The notes beneath the pieces were generated by a model, which saw only the letters and a list, made by a program, of their open reading frames with translations, had not been told where the DNA came from and did not search any database. The translations under genes and the position numbers were made by a program. 64,000 nucleotides of DNA, taken from assembly GCA_021613535.1 (NCBI GenBank), contig CP075493.1, positions 8,432,001-8,496,000 on the forward strand. The letters are read 5' to 3'. The stretch is from Adineta vaga. Its lineage: Eukaryota; Animalia; Rotifera. This document shows positions 27,198-39,356 of the stretch, piece by piece (positions within the stretch are counted from its first letter, which is position 1; every line of letters starts with the position of its first letter).

Positions 27198-28217
27198 CTA
27201 TGATACAATACTAATAGAATCGCCTGGAGAATAAAGAACAATAGCAAATTTCCAAGGAAACGGACATTTTTCATACGGAATTCTTTCAAATGTATATTGA
27301 TTTGTTCGATGATTTTCTAATTCAATTTCATTATTTGTACAATTAATTGTTAACGTCATGTCATCACCTGTTTTTATCGTTGTATCTTCGTTCGGTTTTT
27401 CATTTTTTTTATTTTTTATTTCCTCATAAGTCCAAGGAATCTTCCACCAACCATAAGCAAATGGCGTTGTACGATTCCATGGATTAGGTTCATGTAAAGT
27501 TGATTTAATACCAAAGAATGGATTTTGAATACCCATTTTATTTATATGAAACCGAATAGTATGAATACCAGATACATAAAGATTTTTTCCACAAATAGTT
27601 GAACCATTCCAATTATTTCCGGTACATTTTGCAAATCGATGATCGCTTGAGAAATCGATTTTTCCAACGACTCCATCGAATTTTTCTTGAGGAAGAGGTT
27701 CGAATCCATCCGATGTAAATGCTTGTTTCGTATCGATGATTTTAATCAATGGAATCGATGATCGACTATCATCAATAATATCTTCTGTTAAGGATGTTTT
27801 TTGAATATGTTGAAGATGTCTTAATTGTTTCATCCAATCTTTTAGATTTATTTCAGTAAAATCTTTTGATTGTCGATTAGATTGAATATTTTGAGTAATT
27901 TTATCCACAGAAGATTTCAAATGAACTTTCATTCGATCAAGAATTTTATTCAAATCATTACGAGCTCGTTCAGCTGTTCGTTGAATTTTTCTTATAGATT
28001 CATGTTCCCATTGATTAATACGAGAAATATAGGGTTGAATAAGATCATCTTTATTAAATTCATCTTCAAACTGATGATATTCTTCAATAATATGATCGAT
28101 TCGTTGTGATAATTCTTCACGATGTTCACGAACATGTTCAGTACAAAATATTTGTTGACATCCATGACATGATATTATTTGTATAGAGTTCTTACATTTA
28201 ACACAATTTTGCTTCAT
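27198..28217 (-). CDS. RING-less TRIM-like protein (B-box-like Zn finger, coiled coil, SPRY/B30.2-like), copy 1, intact
   Basis: Starts MKQNCVKC...CHGCQQIFCTEHVREH (ATG 28217 inside the longer ORF); INQWEHESIRKIQ; GIHTIRF; YGWW; ends CPFPWKFAIVL. Homologous to the three other copies in the window. Confidence 0.8.
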   Translation of the reverse strand: MKQNCVKCKNSIQIISCHGCQQIFCTEHVREHREELSQRIDHIIEEYHQFEDEFNKDDLIQPYISRINQWEHESIRKIQRTAERARNDLNKILDRMKVHLKSSVDKITQNIQSNRQSKDFTEINLKDWMKQLRHLQHIQKTSLTEDIIDDSRSSIPLIKIIDTKQAFTSDGFEPLPQEKFDGVVGKIDFSSDHRFAKCTGNNWNGSTICGKNLYVSGIHTIRFHINKMGIQNPFFGIKSTLHEPNPWNRTTPFAYGWWKIPWTYEEIKNKKNEKPNEDTTIKTGDDMTLTINCTNNEIELENHRTNQYTFERIPYEKCPFPWKFAIVLYSPGDSISIVS

Positions 28218-28782
28218 TCTGATATGTGCATATGTAAATACTAAAATGATAGATTGATGTTTTATAAGTATATATATATATATGTATATATAAATTACAA
28301 CAGTAAAAAAGAAGAAATTGTTGAAGCCTTCGTGTATCGAAGGTAAATAGAGAAAAAAATGATGTCGAATGTTAAAATAAATTTTACCGTCCTTCTCATG
28401 TAATTTGAAAAGAAAAAGAAAAGAAAACATGTTTCAAGACAATTCACACAAACAACAACAGTAGACAGAAGCATGCAATCATATTAACAAACAATTAGTC
28501 GAACAGATTTATTTTCCATAGCAATACCGTTGATTTGTATTTAATAGAAAAATATTTCTCTTTTTCAATGTTGCATACTAAAGAGAAATTTACGAGAAAG
28601 TTAACCGATATTTGTTTTTTTTTCGATTTAATTATACATTTTAAATAAACAATAAGTCTATCAAAGAACATAAGATATTCGTTTGTAATTAAGATAAATA
28701 CTAGAACTGCTTTTGTATTATAATTAACGTTCAAAACTACATACAATTGTTCAATGTATAACTAAAAATATTCATTTCTATT

Positions 28783-29825
28783 CTATTGAAGTATTTTCAC
28801 ACAATCGTCTTTTCCGAGTAATAGAATAATGATTTTCCAAGGAAATGGACATAATTGAAGATCAATTGACATATTTACTGTACGATTTGTTCGATGATGT
28901 TCCAGTTGCATTCGTCTATTGATACAATCAAGCATTAAAGTTATTTCGTCACCCATTCGAATTGTTTCAGGTGAAAGACGTCTATTACTTTTTCCGCTAA
29001 TAACATTATAATCTAAATCCCACCAACCATGAAATGATGTTGAATTCCATATATCATATGTCATCTTTTCCGTAGCATTGATAATACCAAAAAATGAATG
29101 ATAATGTGTACTTGTTTGTTCAATTCGAAAATGAATATAATGTACTCCCGTTAAATATCGACCTGTACCTGCGACACAAGACCTATCTGCATGACCACCG
29201 GAACAAGTCGCAACAAGACCACCTTCGGATAATGTAACTTTACCGAAAATATCTTCGAATTTTTCATTCAAACTTCCACGGAATTAGGAGATTTCCAATC
29301 ATTTAAGTCATGTAATGGTTGTTGTTCACTTATTTTTAATAAACGTATTGCTGATCGACTATCTTTTTCATATTCAATATTGATCGATACGGGACAATCG
29401 AGTACTTTACGAAATTCTTGTAATTGATCAGTCCATCTTTTGATATCTAATTCCGTATAATCATCTAATTCTCGACTTGATTGAAGTTCTTCAGTTATCT
29501 TACTAACAGATGTTTGTAGATTATGTTTTGGTCGATTAAGTAATTGTTGAAGAGTTATTCGTGCTGCTTTTGCAGCGATTTGAATTTTTGTAATTGATTC
29601 TTGTTCCCATTGATTGATACGTGTTAGGAGAGAATGTGTACTTTGATCATGTGTTAAATCACGTTGTAAAACATCATGTTCTTGACCAATATATTCCATC
29701 TGTTGAGAAAGATCTTGTCGATGTTCAAGAAAATGTTTTGTACAAAAGGCTTGTTCACATCCATAGCACATAGCAGTTCCTGCACCTTTATTACATTTTG
29801 CACAAACTCGCTTCGTTGATGCCAT
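28783..29825 (-). pseudogene. TRIM-like copy 2, split by a frameshift at ~29268-29283
   Basis: ORF 29268-29825 (B-box + coiled coil) and ORF 28783-29271 (SPRY-like) together align to full-length paralogs but are in different frames. The one plausible GT-AG pair there (57 nt) does not restore the frame. Confidence 0.7.
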
Positions 29826-30225
29826 AATCTGAGAATTGATACTTTTGTATGTCTTCGTAGCTATTTTTTTTTATTGTGTTGAGAAAAAGAAAACGAACAA
29901 ATTATTGAAAAAAAAAACGAGTACTGTAAAATGAATAGTTGAGTATTTTGTTTTTTAGACAATATTTGAGAGTGAAGTATGAGATTAATGTTTTTATAGG
30001 TAAGTATCGTTATGAGATTTTATTTTCAGATGAATGCAATTTTTGAAGAAGTTTTATCTGAGATAAACATATAACTTTTTTTTGAATATTTGAATACTCA
30101 TTTTCCGTTTTAATAATTACATAAGAAATTTATTGTATCAACGAAACATTTTTCGAAAATCTGAACGAATGAAAGTACATCACATCTATTCATAAACTGT
30201 TTCATATTTTATCGACGAAATGCTG

Positions 30226-31266
30226 TTAATTGAGAATACGTATGGATTCATTTCGAGATGATAATGCTATGAGAATTTTCCATGGAAATGGACATTCATG
30301 AGGATCAATTGTTTGTCGAACTAGTCTTTTAGTACGATGATGTTCGAGAAGTATTTATCGATGATCACAATCTATAACTAAGATTATTTCATCACCAGTT
30401 TGAATTGTTCGATTTAAGACAAGTGTTCCTTGACTTTTACCATTAGTAATTGCATAATCTAAATCAGACCAACCATTTACTGATGGAAGTGTAATCTTTC
30501 GTAGATGTAATTCTTCTAATGAAGAAATAATTCCTAGAAGAGGACAGGAATTGATTTGTTCATCGACACGAAAACGAATTTGATGTATGCCAGATGAGTA
30601 TTGATTTGTACAACAAATTCTTGAATAATTATCACCCATATTTCTTGCACGACGACCTTTTTCAGAGATAATAACTGAACCATAAAATCTATCAAATCTT
30701 TCAGACAATTGTAAACCATGTCCTAGAGATGAAGGTGGCTGATTTGTTGATGAAGTATTGATTTTAATCAAATGAATCGATGATTCAGAATGATTATTTA
30801 TTAATATATCTTTAGTAACTGGTGTATCAAATAGTATTCGAAGTTCAATTAATTTGTTTTTCCATTTTGCTAAATCAATTTCGGTATAATCATCTAATTC
30901 TTGACTTGATTGAAGTTCAGTTGTCAATTTATCAATTGAAATGTTCATTTCAGTTTTTGTCCGATCGAGTAATTGTTGCAGATCAGCACGCGCTAATTCA
31001 GCTGTAACTTGAATTTTTGTAATAGATTCTTGTTCCCACATATCAATTGTTGTAAGAAGTGGATGCCTAGGAAGTTCATTAGATAAATCACGTCGGAAAA
31101 GATCATGTTGTTGACCAATTTGATCCATTTCTAAAGTAAGTTCTTGTCGATGTTCAATAAAATGTTTTATACAAAATTGTTGATGACATCCTGAACAGAT
31201 AGCAATACCTCCACCTTTATCGCATTTAACACAGCATTGTTTTATATTCGACGATGATGATGCCAT
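30226..31266 (-). pseudogene. TRIM-like copy 3 with in-frame premature TAA at 30355-30357
   Basis: After DCDHR-TAA the frame continues ILLEHHRTKRLVRQTIDPHECPFPWKILIALSSRNESIRILN-stop (30226), matching the paralog end DCDNQQIQLHHHRTNQ...CPFPWKIVIKLRAEGDSIRILQ. Confidence 0.75.
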
Positions 31267-31727
31267 TGTTTGTTTCAATAGGTTAAAATGCATAAAATAA
31301 AAACATCAATTGTTTTGTGTTCTGTACACATGATGCGAGATTGTCGCGTGGATGCTATCGAACGGAGAATGTATAGAATTATTTGAAAAATCATTAATTC
31401 TCGGCTGAGAATCGTTTCAAAAAAGACTACTCATCTATTATTTCATTCCTTTACTTTATAATCTCAGATTTTTCGTTTACTTACAATGATGAACGAATAA
31501 TAAATACGCCCTCTATCATTTATAATTCATTATTTATCGTTCATCGATATGACTAAGAAAAAGACTTCTGAACTTCTAATGTCCATATAATTATGAATGC
31601 CGAAAGAAGAGAAAGAATAAGATTTTTTTATATTTCTTTTCTTTTCTCAGTTTTACACGATTCTATATACAACAGTATTGTCTTAGCATATGTGATAATT
31701 CTCATGTCATTGATGAAGAGATTCATT

Positions 31728-34700
31728 ATGAAAATCAAATATGATTGTGTTTTACTAGATGCTATTAAATCATCAGATTTATGTACTGTTCAACATGTTC
31801 TAAACAAAAACAGTACCTATTTCACTTTTTACATTATTACTTTTATCTGATCCTTCGGATTCTTTAGATTTCATCTCAACAAAAAAGATCAATCTGAACT
31901 TTCAAGATAATAATGGGTAAATACATTTATTGATTCAGTAACCAGAGGCAAACTCTAATATCTAATCTCCAATATATAGTATTGTTGTTGATATATATAT
32001 ATCAACTTGTAAGAATATGAGAACGAAGAAAAAATATTAGATCATCATCATCATTATCAATTCGATTAATCGTTTGTTTCTGATTTCTATGCTTTGCTAG
32101 TATTGATTACACATGTTTCTCTTTAGAAATGAATGAATGAATGCTCTTTTCCATATGGATGATATTGTTGTTCTTTGACATGCACTTCTCTTCGGCTCTT
32201 CTTCTTTTTTTATTGTTTAGTCTTATTGATTATGATAGACAGAAAAATACAACAAGATGAGAGTTCCCATGTTGAATGACGAAGAAGAAGAAGAAGAAGA
32301 TTACGTATACTGATGATGTCATAAAAAAGAAAGACGAAATACTAGAATTTAATTGAATATAATGAAGAAAATTGATCCTTAGAATATTTCTTTTGTATAT
32401 GTTCAATGATAAGAGAAAGGAAAATAACGAGAAGTTTAATGTGTGAACATGAAATTTGTTGATGTATCATTATGACGGTCAACAGCTTAACCATTCTATA
32501 ACGCATGTTCTTTTCTCTTTCTCCCTTTCGGAGAAAAAGAAGGACATAGAAAGAGAAAAGAAAGAGATGTTTCTACTAGTAATAGTTCTAACCGTTATAC
32601 AAAAAAAACTAAGATCGTCGATTTGTTGTACATAATTGGAGGGCATAGAAAGTATATTGTTGATGCCAACCATTCACTAGACTAGTAGTCGAATGCTACA
32701 TTTTAACCTTGTTAACAATCAATCTGTTCCTAGTTTATCTTTACTTTCCAACGTTAATCATCATCATCATCAAAAACTGTATAACAAATACAACAAGTAC
32801 GTGATGTTCAGATATTTCTATAGAAATCATTGTTACATTAGTAATCTTTTCAGTCACTTGAATAGTTTCTTTAGAAGAGATAAAAACCTTGACTGATCAG
32901 TATGTCATTACATTCCAAACAAGAAGGAGAGAGAGAGAGAGAATGAATGAAGATGAAACATTAAGTTTTCTTTTGCTTCTGATTAATAGTTGTTTTCGGC
33001 ATTCATTATCGACCTTCTGTTTATGTATGTATAAGTCTGCTGATTATGGAAGATAAAAAAGATGTCGGACGAATTGTGAATAAAGTTGCTGCTGTCAATT
33101 CTCGTTTGCCTTGAATGAACTTTTGTCTGATTCCCAAGTGAGTAGTCAGATTAACGGCAAATGAAAGGTCAAATGCCGACAAACGATGATGATCACACTT
33201 CTCAAGAGAGTTTTTTGAAGATCAACATCATTTTCACATCATTTATTTACATCCAATTATCTCATTTATAATCACTGATGTTTAAAAAAAAACTCTTCAT
33301 CATCATCATCATTTATATTCGTACTGTTAAAAGTTTACGTAATCTTTAGTATATTCATCAATGGCATAAAAGAGAAAGGCTAACTAGATAATTGTATGAA
33401 GTTATTTCTTCGTATAATAATGAAATCGACAAAGAAAAAGTATATGTAATAGTCAAACATAGATTTGTATCTAAATAATTCTGATTCAAGGTGATAGAAA
33501 AATATTCTCAATCTAGTTTATTTTAGAATGAGCTCAATCCACGAAGCAGCCGTGGTGGGTAATATTGAAATTCTTAAGCTGCTCGTTGATAATGGTGCTG
33601 ATGTTAATTTGAAAGATTCGAAAAATTTTCGACCAATACATTATGCTGCTTGGCAAGGTCGAACTGAAACTGTTTTTATTCTTTTACGTTGTGGTGCAAA
33701 TATCAATGAACAGTCATTAAATGGTGATACGCCATTACATTTAGCAAGTCAATACGGTCATCTCGAAATCGTACAACTACTTTTATTTCATCATGCTGAT
33801 CCAACATTATTAAATCGTCGTTTACTAACATCGATTGAATTAGCATGTGAACAAGGTCATATTCATGTTGTTAATACACTTTTACATAATACATCATGTC
33901 AACAAATGATTCTAAATCAAATTTATAATGAACAACATACACCATTACATTTAGCAGCGAAAAATGGACATACAGAAATTGTTCGACTATTACTATTGAG
34001 CGGAATTGATATTAATCGTTTGACGACGACAGATGGTACAGCATTACATGTTGCATGTAGAAATGGAAGATATGAAACAGCGAAATTATTATTAGAATGT
34101 GGCATTGATATACATCTTCGAAATTCATATCAACAGACAGCTTATGAAGTCGTTATTAAACAAAAAACTGGAAATGATATTAAACGATTAATTAATGGTT
34201 CGATTGAAAACCTTGAACAATGAAGAAGAAAAACATTTCATCCATATTTCTATATATATTCTAGAATTTTCAGATGCAATATCAGTTCAAGCTATTCAAT
34301 CATATACAGATAATCATGTTGGAGCATTGAAATTTGTAGCAGGCGATTGTATTACTGTAAGGAAATATTTGGATAGAAGTTTTTATGATATGATTATGGG
34401 TGTCTTTTTTCTTGAGTAGGTTCTCGATCATAATTCAACAGGTCAATGGCGTGGTTTTATTCTTCAAGAAGATCTAACAACTCGAACGGGTTATTTTCCC
34501 AGTACTTATGTGCAAATCAATCGAACTAGTAAGACTAAATCAAAAAGAAAAAATTTGAATTTAAGACGACTCAACAAGCTTAATGTTTGTTTTCATGAGA
34601 CAAACTTGTTCGCTTGATTAAATGTATGTATGTTGTTTGTCAAGGTCTTTCTACATCTTTCAATTCTCATCTTTTGTCTATCAATCTGAGGAATCAATTA

Positions 34701-36786
34701 TATACAACTATTACGGGTATAACAATCAATAGGAATGTTATCTTAAGCCAACATCCTTCTAAGCGTGTGTTTTTCTAGCAAATCTTTCTAACATCTATTT
34801 ATATTTATATTTATATTTATATTTTTGTTTTAGTAATCAATTGTAAAGAAAACCAGACATTTAACAACAATCCTTCTCCTGTTGACAGTGAACATATGTC
34901 ACATATATCTCAAACTGATTCGGGTTTAACGAATACATCAAATTGGAATTCACGTTCAAGACGTACGAGTCCAACGAATAATACATATCGCCATAGTGCA
35001 GCAAGTAGTATTGATAGTGGACGAAGTTCAACAGCACTTTACGATAGTCCAAAAGTAGAATTTTATTCACATTTTAGTTCTTTATACATTTTCATGTATT
35101 TTTAGACATTTGCTCTATCGAGTTTTGTTGGGAATGGTGACGTTCGTTCTATGGGTAGTAGTGAATCGAAATCATCTGATCCCGATAAAACAAGTTATCG
35201 AAGTTCAAATAGTAGTTTGGATGAAAGTGGAACAATAAATATTAATACACTTCTTCGAAATGGTATTTCCGATGGTGAAATTATCTTTGCATGGTTACGA
35301 GAATTTTCTTACGAAAATTATGCAGAAAATTTCATTAAAAATGGTTATGATATACAAACAATTGTTCGTATGACACCGGAAGTAAATTATTTGATTGAAT
35401 GAAAGAGAAAACAACGTACGAACAAAAGAAAATTGAATTTTTAGGATTTAACAGCAATTGGAATTACTTATCCGTTACATCGACGAAAGCTTAAAACGGA
35501 AATTGCTCGTTTACATCTCTTCGATGGATTACCTGAGTCAAAACCAGACACTCTCTATGATTGGTTATGTCAACTTCGTTTAGATCAATATATGTTATTA
35601 TTAATAAAACAAAATTATAGACAATTATCAGATATCATGAATATTGCTTGGGAAGATTTAGAAGAAATTGGTATAACTCGTTTAGGTCATCAGAAACGTT
35701 TTATGCTTGGTGTTAAACGTTTAATTGATATTGAAAAAGGTCATTATCAATCGATTACGAATAAAACAAAACAGACGAAGACAACAAATGATCCTTGTCA
35801 TTCTCTAGAAAATAATGATTATAATCAAAAGTAAAGTCTTCTCTTTTGTTCATTGTAACGATAAAATGATTTGTTCTTAATTTAGATCATCTATTCGATC
35901 AACTACGAATGATGATTCAGAAAATTATGCAACTCTACGAAAATCTCAAATATCTCCATCAAACATACAACGCATCGGATCATCTGGTACATATTTTCCA
36001 CCATCTTCATTTCGTTTACCTCCACCTCTATCTTCATCAATTATAAATTCAACTATTCATACTTATGAATCAATATCTACAAGTCGAGCACGTAGTTTAG
36101 AAAATATCAATTCAATTGAACGACCATTAGATATCTATCATCCTCATCAAGTAACTCTTTGTTTTACTCAAAATAATTTCTTTGTATTTAACGATTCTTT
36201 CTTCTTAGTGTCAGTCAATCACTTCTCAATATGTTCTACTAAACAATAATTTACAATTTCTTGATAATATAAATTTATCATCAAGTACAGAATCAACAAA
36301 TGGTATTCCATTTGCAAATGAAAATATTGGTACAATTAAACAACGTTCTTTATTAAATTCACAAGAATCGTTTAACACAATGAAACGTTCATTGCCTATG
36401 GAATTTTTTCAACAACCAATACCTATTTATGATAATAATGAAAAATTTATTCGAAAGAATACACCTTCACCTAGCAAGCAACTTAGAAAAGAAACATTAC
36501 TAACCGATGAACATGATCTATCGACAATAAATATGGATAAACGATCACATTATATTGATGTTTTCAATAAAGATAAACAGAATAAAACCATCAAGTAAAA
36601 TTTCATACGTTGAAAATAATAATTATTAACTTTTTCTTGTCTAGAAATGATACTACTAATGTTTTATCTGATATTGATTCCATGCTATCTGATCTCAATC
36701 GTGAACTTGATCAGATGCTTGATTATGATCCAACAAATTCAATACGTTCTATAAATCAAATGTCAGATGTATTATTGAACAATTAG
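31728..36786 (+). CDS. CASKIN: Caskin-like scaffold (ankyrin repeats, SH3, two SAM domains, C-terminal Caskin motif)
   Basis: [10 protein letters not shown]...[14 protein letters not shown]|[12 protein letters not shown]; ankyrin repeats 33528-34196; SH3 ([11 protein letters not shown]...GQWRG...[10 protein letters not shown]); SAM1 ([24 protein letters not shown]) and SAM2 ([17 protein letters not shown]); [14 protein letters not shown]; tail [17 protein letters not shown]. An alternative in-frame ATG lies at 31704. Confidence 0.9.
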
Positions 36787-36892
36787 AATGTTTTCTTTTC
36801 AAACAATTTTATGTTTGTATGTGTGCTCAAGATATATGATAAGTTATTTTTTATCATTCTCTTCTTTTCGAGTGTTAAAATAAAATTTCGAA

Positions 36893-37050
36893 TGGGGCTA
36901 GGTCGCTTCAACACGAGCGGATTCCGAAAAGTAGTGGAATCTACTCAAGCGGGTAACCTGTCGCCCCGATTCAAAAATTCGAGTAATTAAGTGCTATTCT
37001 AGTTATTCCACTAGATAGCGTTATTTTCCTTACTCATTAGTTTAAGGCAC
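36893..37050 (-). ncRNA. U12: U12 minor spliceosomal snRNA
   Basis: Minus strand reads GTGCCTTAAACTAATGAGTAAGGAAAATAACG, nearly identical to the metazoan U12 5' end including the branch-point-pairing GTAAGGA. Then stem IIa GCTATCTAGT..ACTAGAATAGC, Sm site AATTTTTG, and a long 3' stem-loop GGGGC...GCCCC with the conserved CTACTTT loop. Confidence 0.93.
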
Positions 37051-37744
37051 GAGAATTCTTGAGAAATCTCAAAGGATATTTATAGATTCATTTGAGCAAA
37101 ACAAAATCTGGTGAAGGAAAGAAGTTTTCAAAATATAAGAAACGAACGACCTCTGTTTCAAGTGAAAATATTCATTGGATAATCATTCAAATTTTACATT
37201 TGATTTGATTTCGAATTCAAAATGTTCCATATGAATATTATAGCCGTTGTTCACGAAACGAAACTATTCAATCGTTCAAACAGTCTATACTCACTGTTTC
37301 ATCACAATGAATACTAATCATTGATCTAACGATATACAATACATTTTAACGTGGATGATGAACAAGAGTGATTTTTCGCCATTTGATACAAACGTTTATA
37401 TGCTATTAATTTGTAGTAACCAAATCATACGGTAGAGTTGACTATTCATATTTGTCTTGTAGATAATTAACGACATCTATCGTAGTGCCTATTTTGCCTA
37501 TGTTCTGACTGGTTTCGTATACATCATCTATTTATAATGATATTTAAATCTAATATTGGTAATGGCGTTTAGTGATTATTTCTGATCATTATTTACGACA
37601 CAAAAAGTTCATTTATATGAAGGTAAATAAATGATAAGCAGAAATTGTCATTCTCAATTACCTATTTAGAAATAACGAGGTTGAAATAATCGAATTTATG
37701 TTTTAGAGAGAGTGAAAATATGTGTTGAATAATTTACAATTGAA

Positions 37745-38783
37745 ATGAAAATGACAACGCCAACAACAACGACACATTATTTTTCGTCTTATCATTTTGA
37801 GCAAATGCTCAATATTAAATTCGATCCAACATTTTTACCTGTGGCAGCAACGAGTTTTACTTTATTTATTTTTCTTTATAAATTTATCAATCCAATTTTA
37901 TCAAATTTATTAATTAAAAGTTATCCATTTTTTACAGAAACTCAGAAAATTGATTGGAGTACAAGGTAATTATCTCTTCTGATAATATTCAATCAGAATT
38001 TTTTTCTATTTAGAATTAATTCGTCAATTAATTCATTTACAGTTGGTACAATTTGTGTATATATGATGATTGCTGATCATGGACTTGATGCGAATCCACT
38101 TTTGTAAGAAGAATTTTCCAAGAAAAAGATATTTCTTTATTTTTATCTATTTCTTCCTATAGATATAAAAGTTATTTATTAAAAACTAATTTATCAATTG
38201 TTATTGGATATTTATTAAGTGGTAAGATTGCGAAATAATAAATTTTAAATAAATTCTTTCATCTATCCTACTAGATACCGTCATCAGTATCATTCATTAT
38301 AAAAAAATCGGTGATCCATTTAGTATGGCTCATCATTTTCTTTCTATATATGGTTTTATATATGTATTAACACTCAATGTTATGCCATATTTTGCAAATT
38401 TTCGATTACTTGCTGAACTATCGACACCATTAGTAAATATAAGGTAAATTTACTTTACAAGTGATCTATTCTTATTCATCATTTGTTATTCTAGATGGTT
38501 TCTTGATACATTAAAATTCTCGAAAACATCAAAAGCTTTTGTCTTTAATGGTCTTCTAATGACCTTAGTGTTCTTTTTTGTTCGAATTGTAGCTATGCCT
38601 ATCTATTGGTGGAAGGTTTACACAGTTGCAATTACACCATTATGGTCACATATGGGCCATTTTCGATTTGCTCTTATAATTGTATGTAGTGTATTAGATA
38701 TAATCAATTTGTATTGGTTTTCAAAAATGAGTCGAGGCTGTCTACGACTATTGACTGCTGTATATCGAAAAAAACACGGATAA
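37745..38783 (+). CDS. TLC-domain membrane protein (TLCD4/TMEM56-like), multi-exon
   Basis: QKIDWSTR|INSSINS; GYLLSD; AHHFLS; FRLLAELSTPLVNIR|WF; NGLLMTLVFFFVRI; LDIINLYWFSKM. Confidence 0.85.
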
Positions 38784-38947
38784 TATTGTATAGGAATTTT
38801 TTCTTGTTGTTGTTCTTATGTTATAGTCTATTTTTGTTTTCTTTTCTCATCTTTTCTTTTATCCATGTGTCTTCCTGAAAGAAAAACCGGTGCAATTCTC
38901 TATTTGTTAATCAACATGTTTTATCGTTGAAAAGTAGCTAAGCTAAC

Positions 38948-38995
38948 TTATTATTATTATTATTATTATTATTATTGTTGTTGTTGTTGTTGTTA
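38948..38995. repeat. Compound (TTA)n(TTG)n microsatellite in a 3' UTR
   Basis: Visible directly in the sequence. Confidence 0.85.
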
Positions 38996-39356
38996 CTGAT
39001 GGTGTTATATTCTATTTTATCTCATTAAATCGAGAAATTCTTGACATAAAATATCTAAGTATACTTTTTAATAGAAAATATTGTTTGTTATTCTATTCTA
39101 TTCATATGAACTTAATGTTAGCACTTATAAGCATATGTTGACATTTATATCTTTCGGTGAATTGATTTATAAAGCAATGGTCGATGAAAACAGATCATTA
39201 AACCTTCATTATTCTTCTCATTTGATCACAGAAACTAGGTCACGAGGTCTACACAGATTCATATCGGTATCCATTTTCTCTTCGATCTACAGATGATTTC
39301 CTATTGAAAAAGAAGTCGATTATATATAAATTTTAAACTCATGTTTTATTAGAGAT

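Noticed and set aside
30355-30357. Possible alternative genetic code (TAA read as Gln)
   Set aside because: TAA terminates many conserved genes in this window at their expected ends (TMEM231, G-alpha, cortactin, SELENOF).
32310-32345. Hammerhead-like CTGATGA...GAC-GAAA in the Caskin intron
   Set aside because: Stem II is off-register by one base, and no stems I/III or NUH cleavage triplet can be formed.
36890-36973. GC-rich long hairpin first considered a pre-miRNA, tRNA-Sec fragment or ribozyme
   Set aside because: It is the 3' stem-loop of the U12 snRNA on the minus strand; there is no cloverleaf or ribozyme core.
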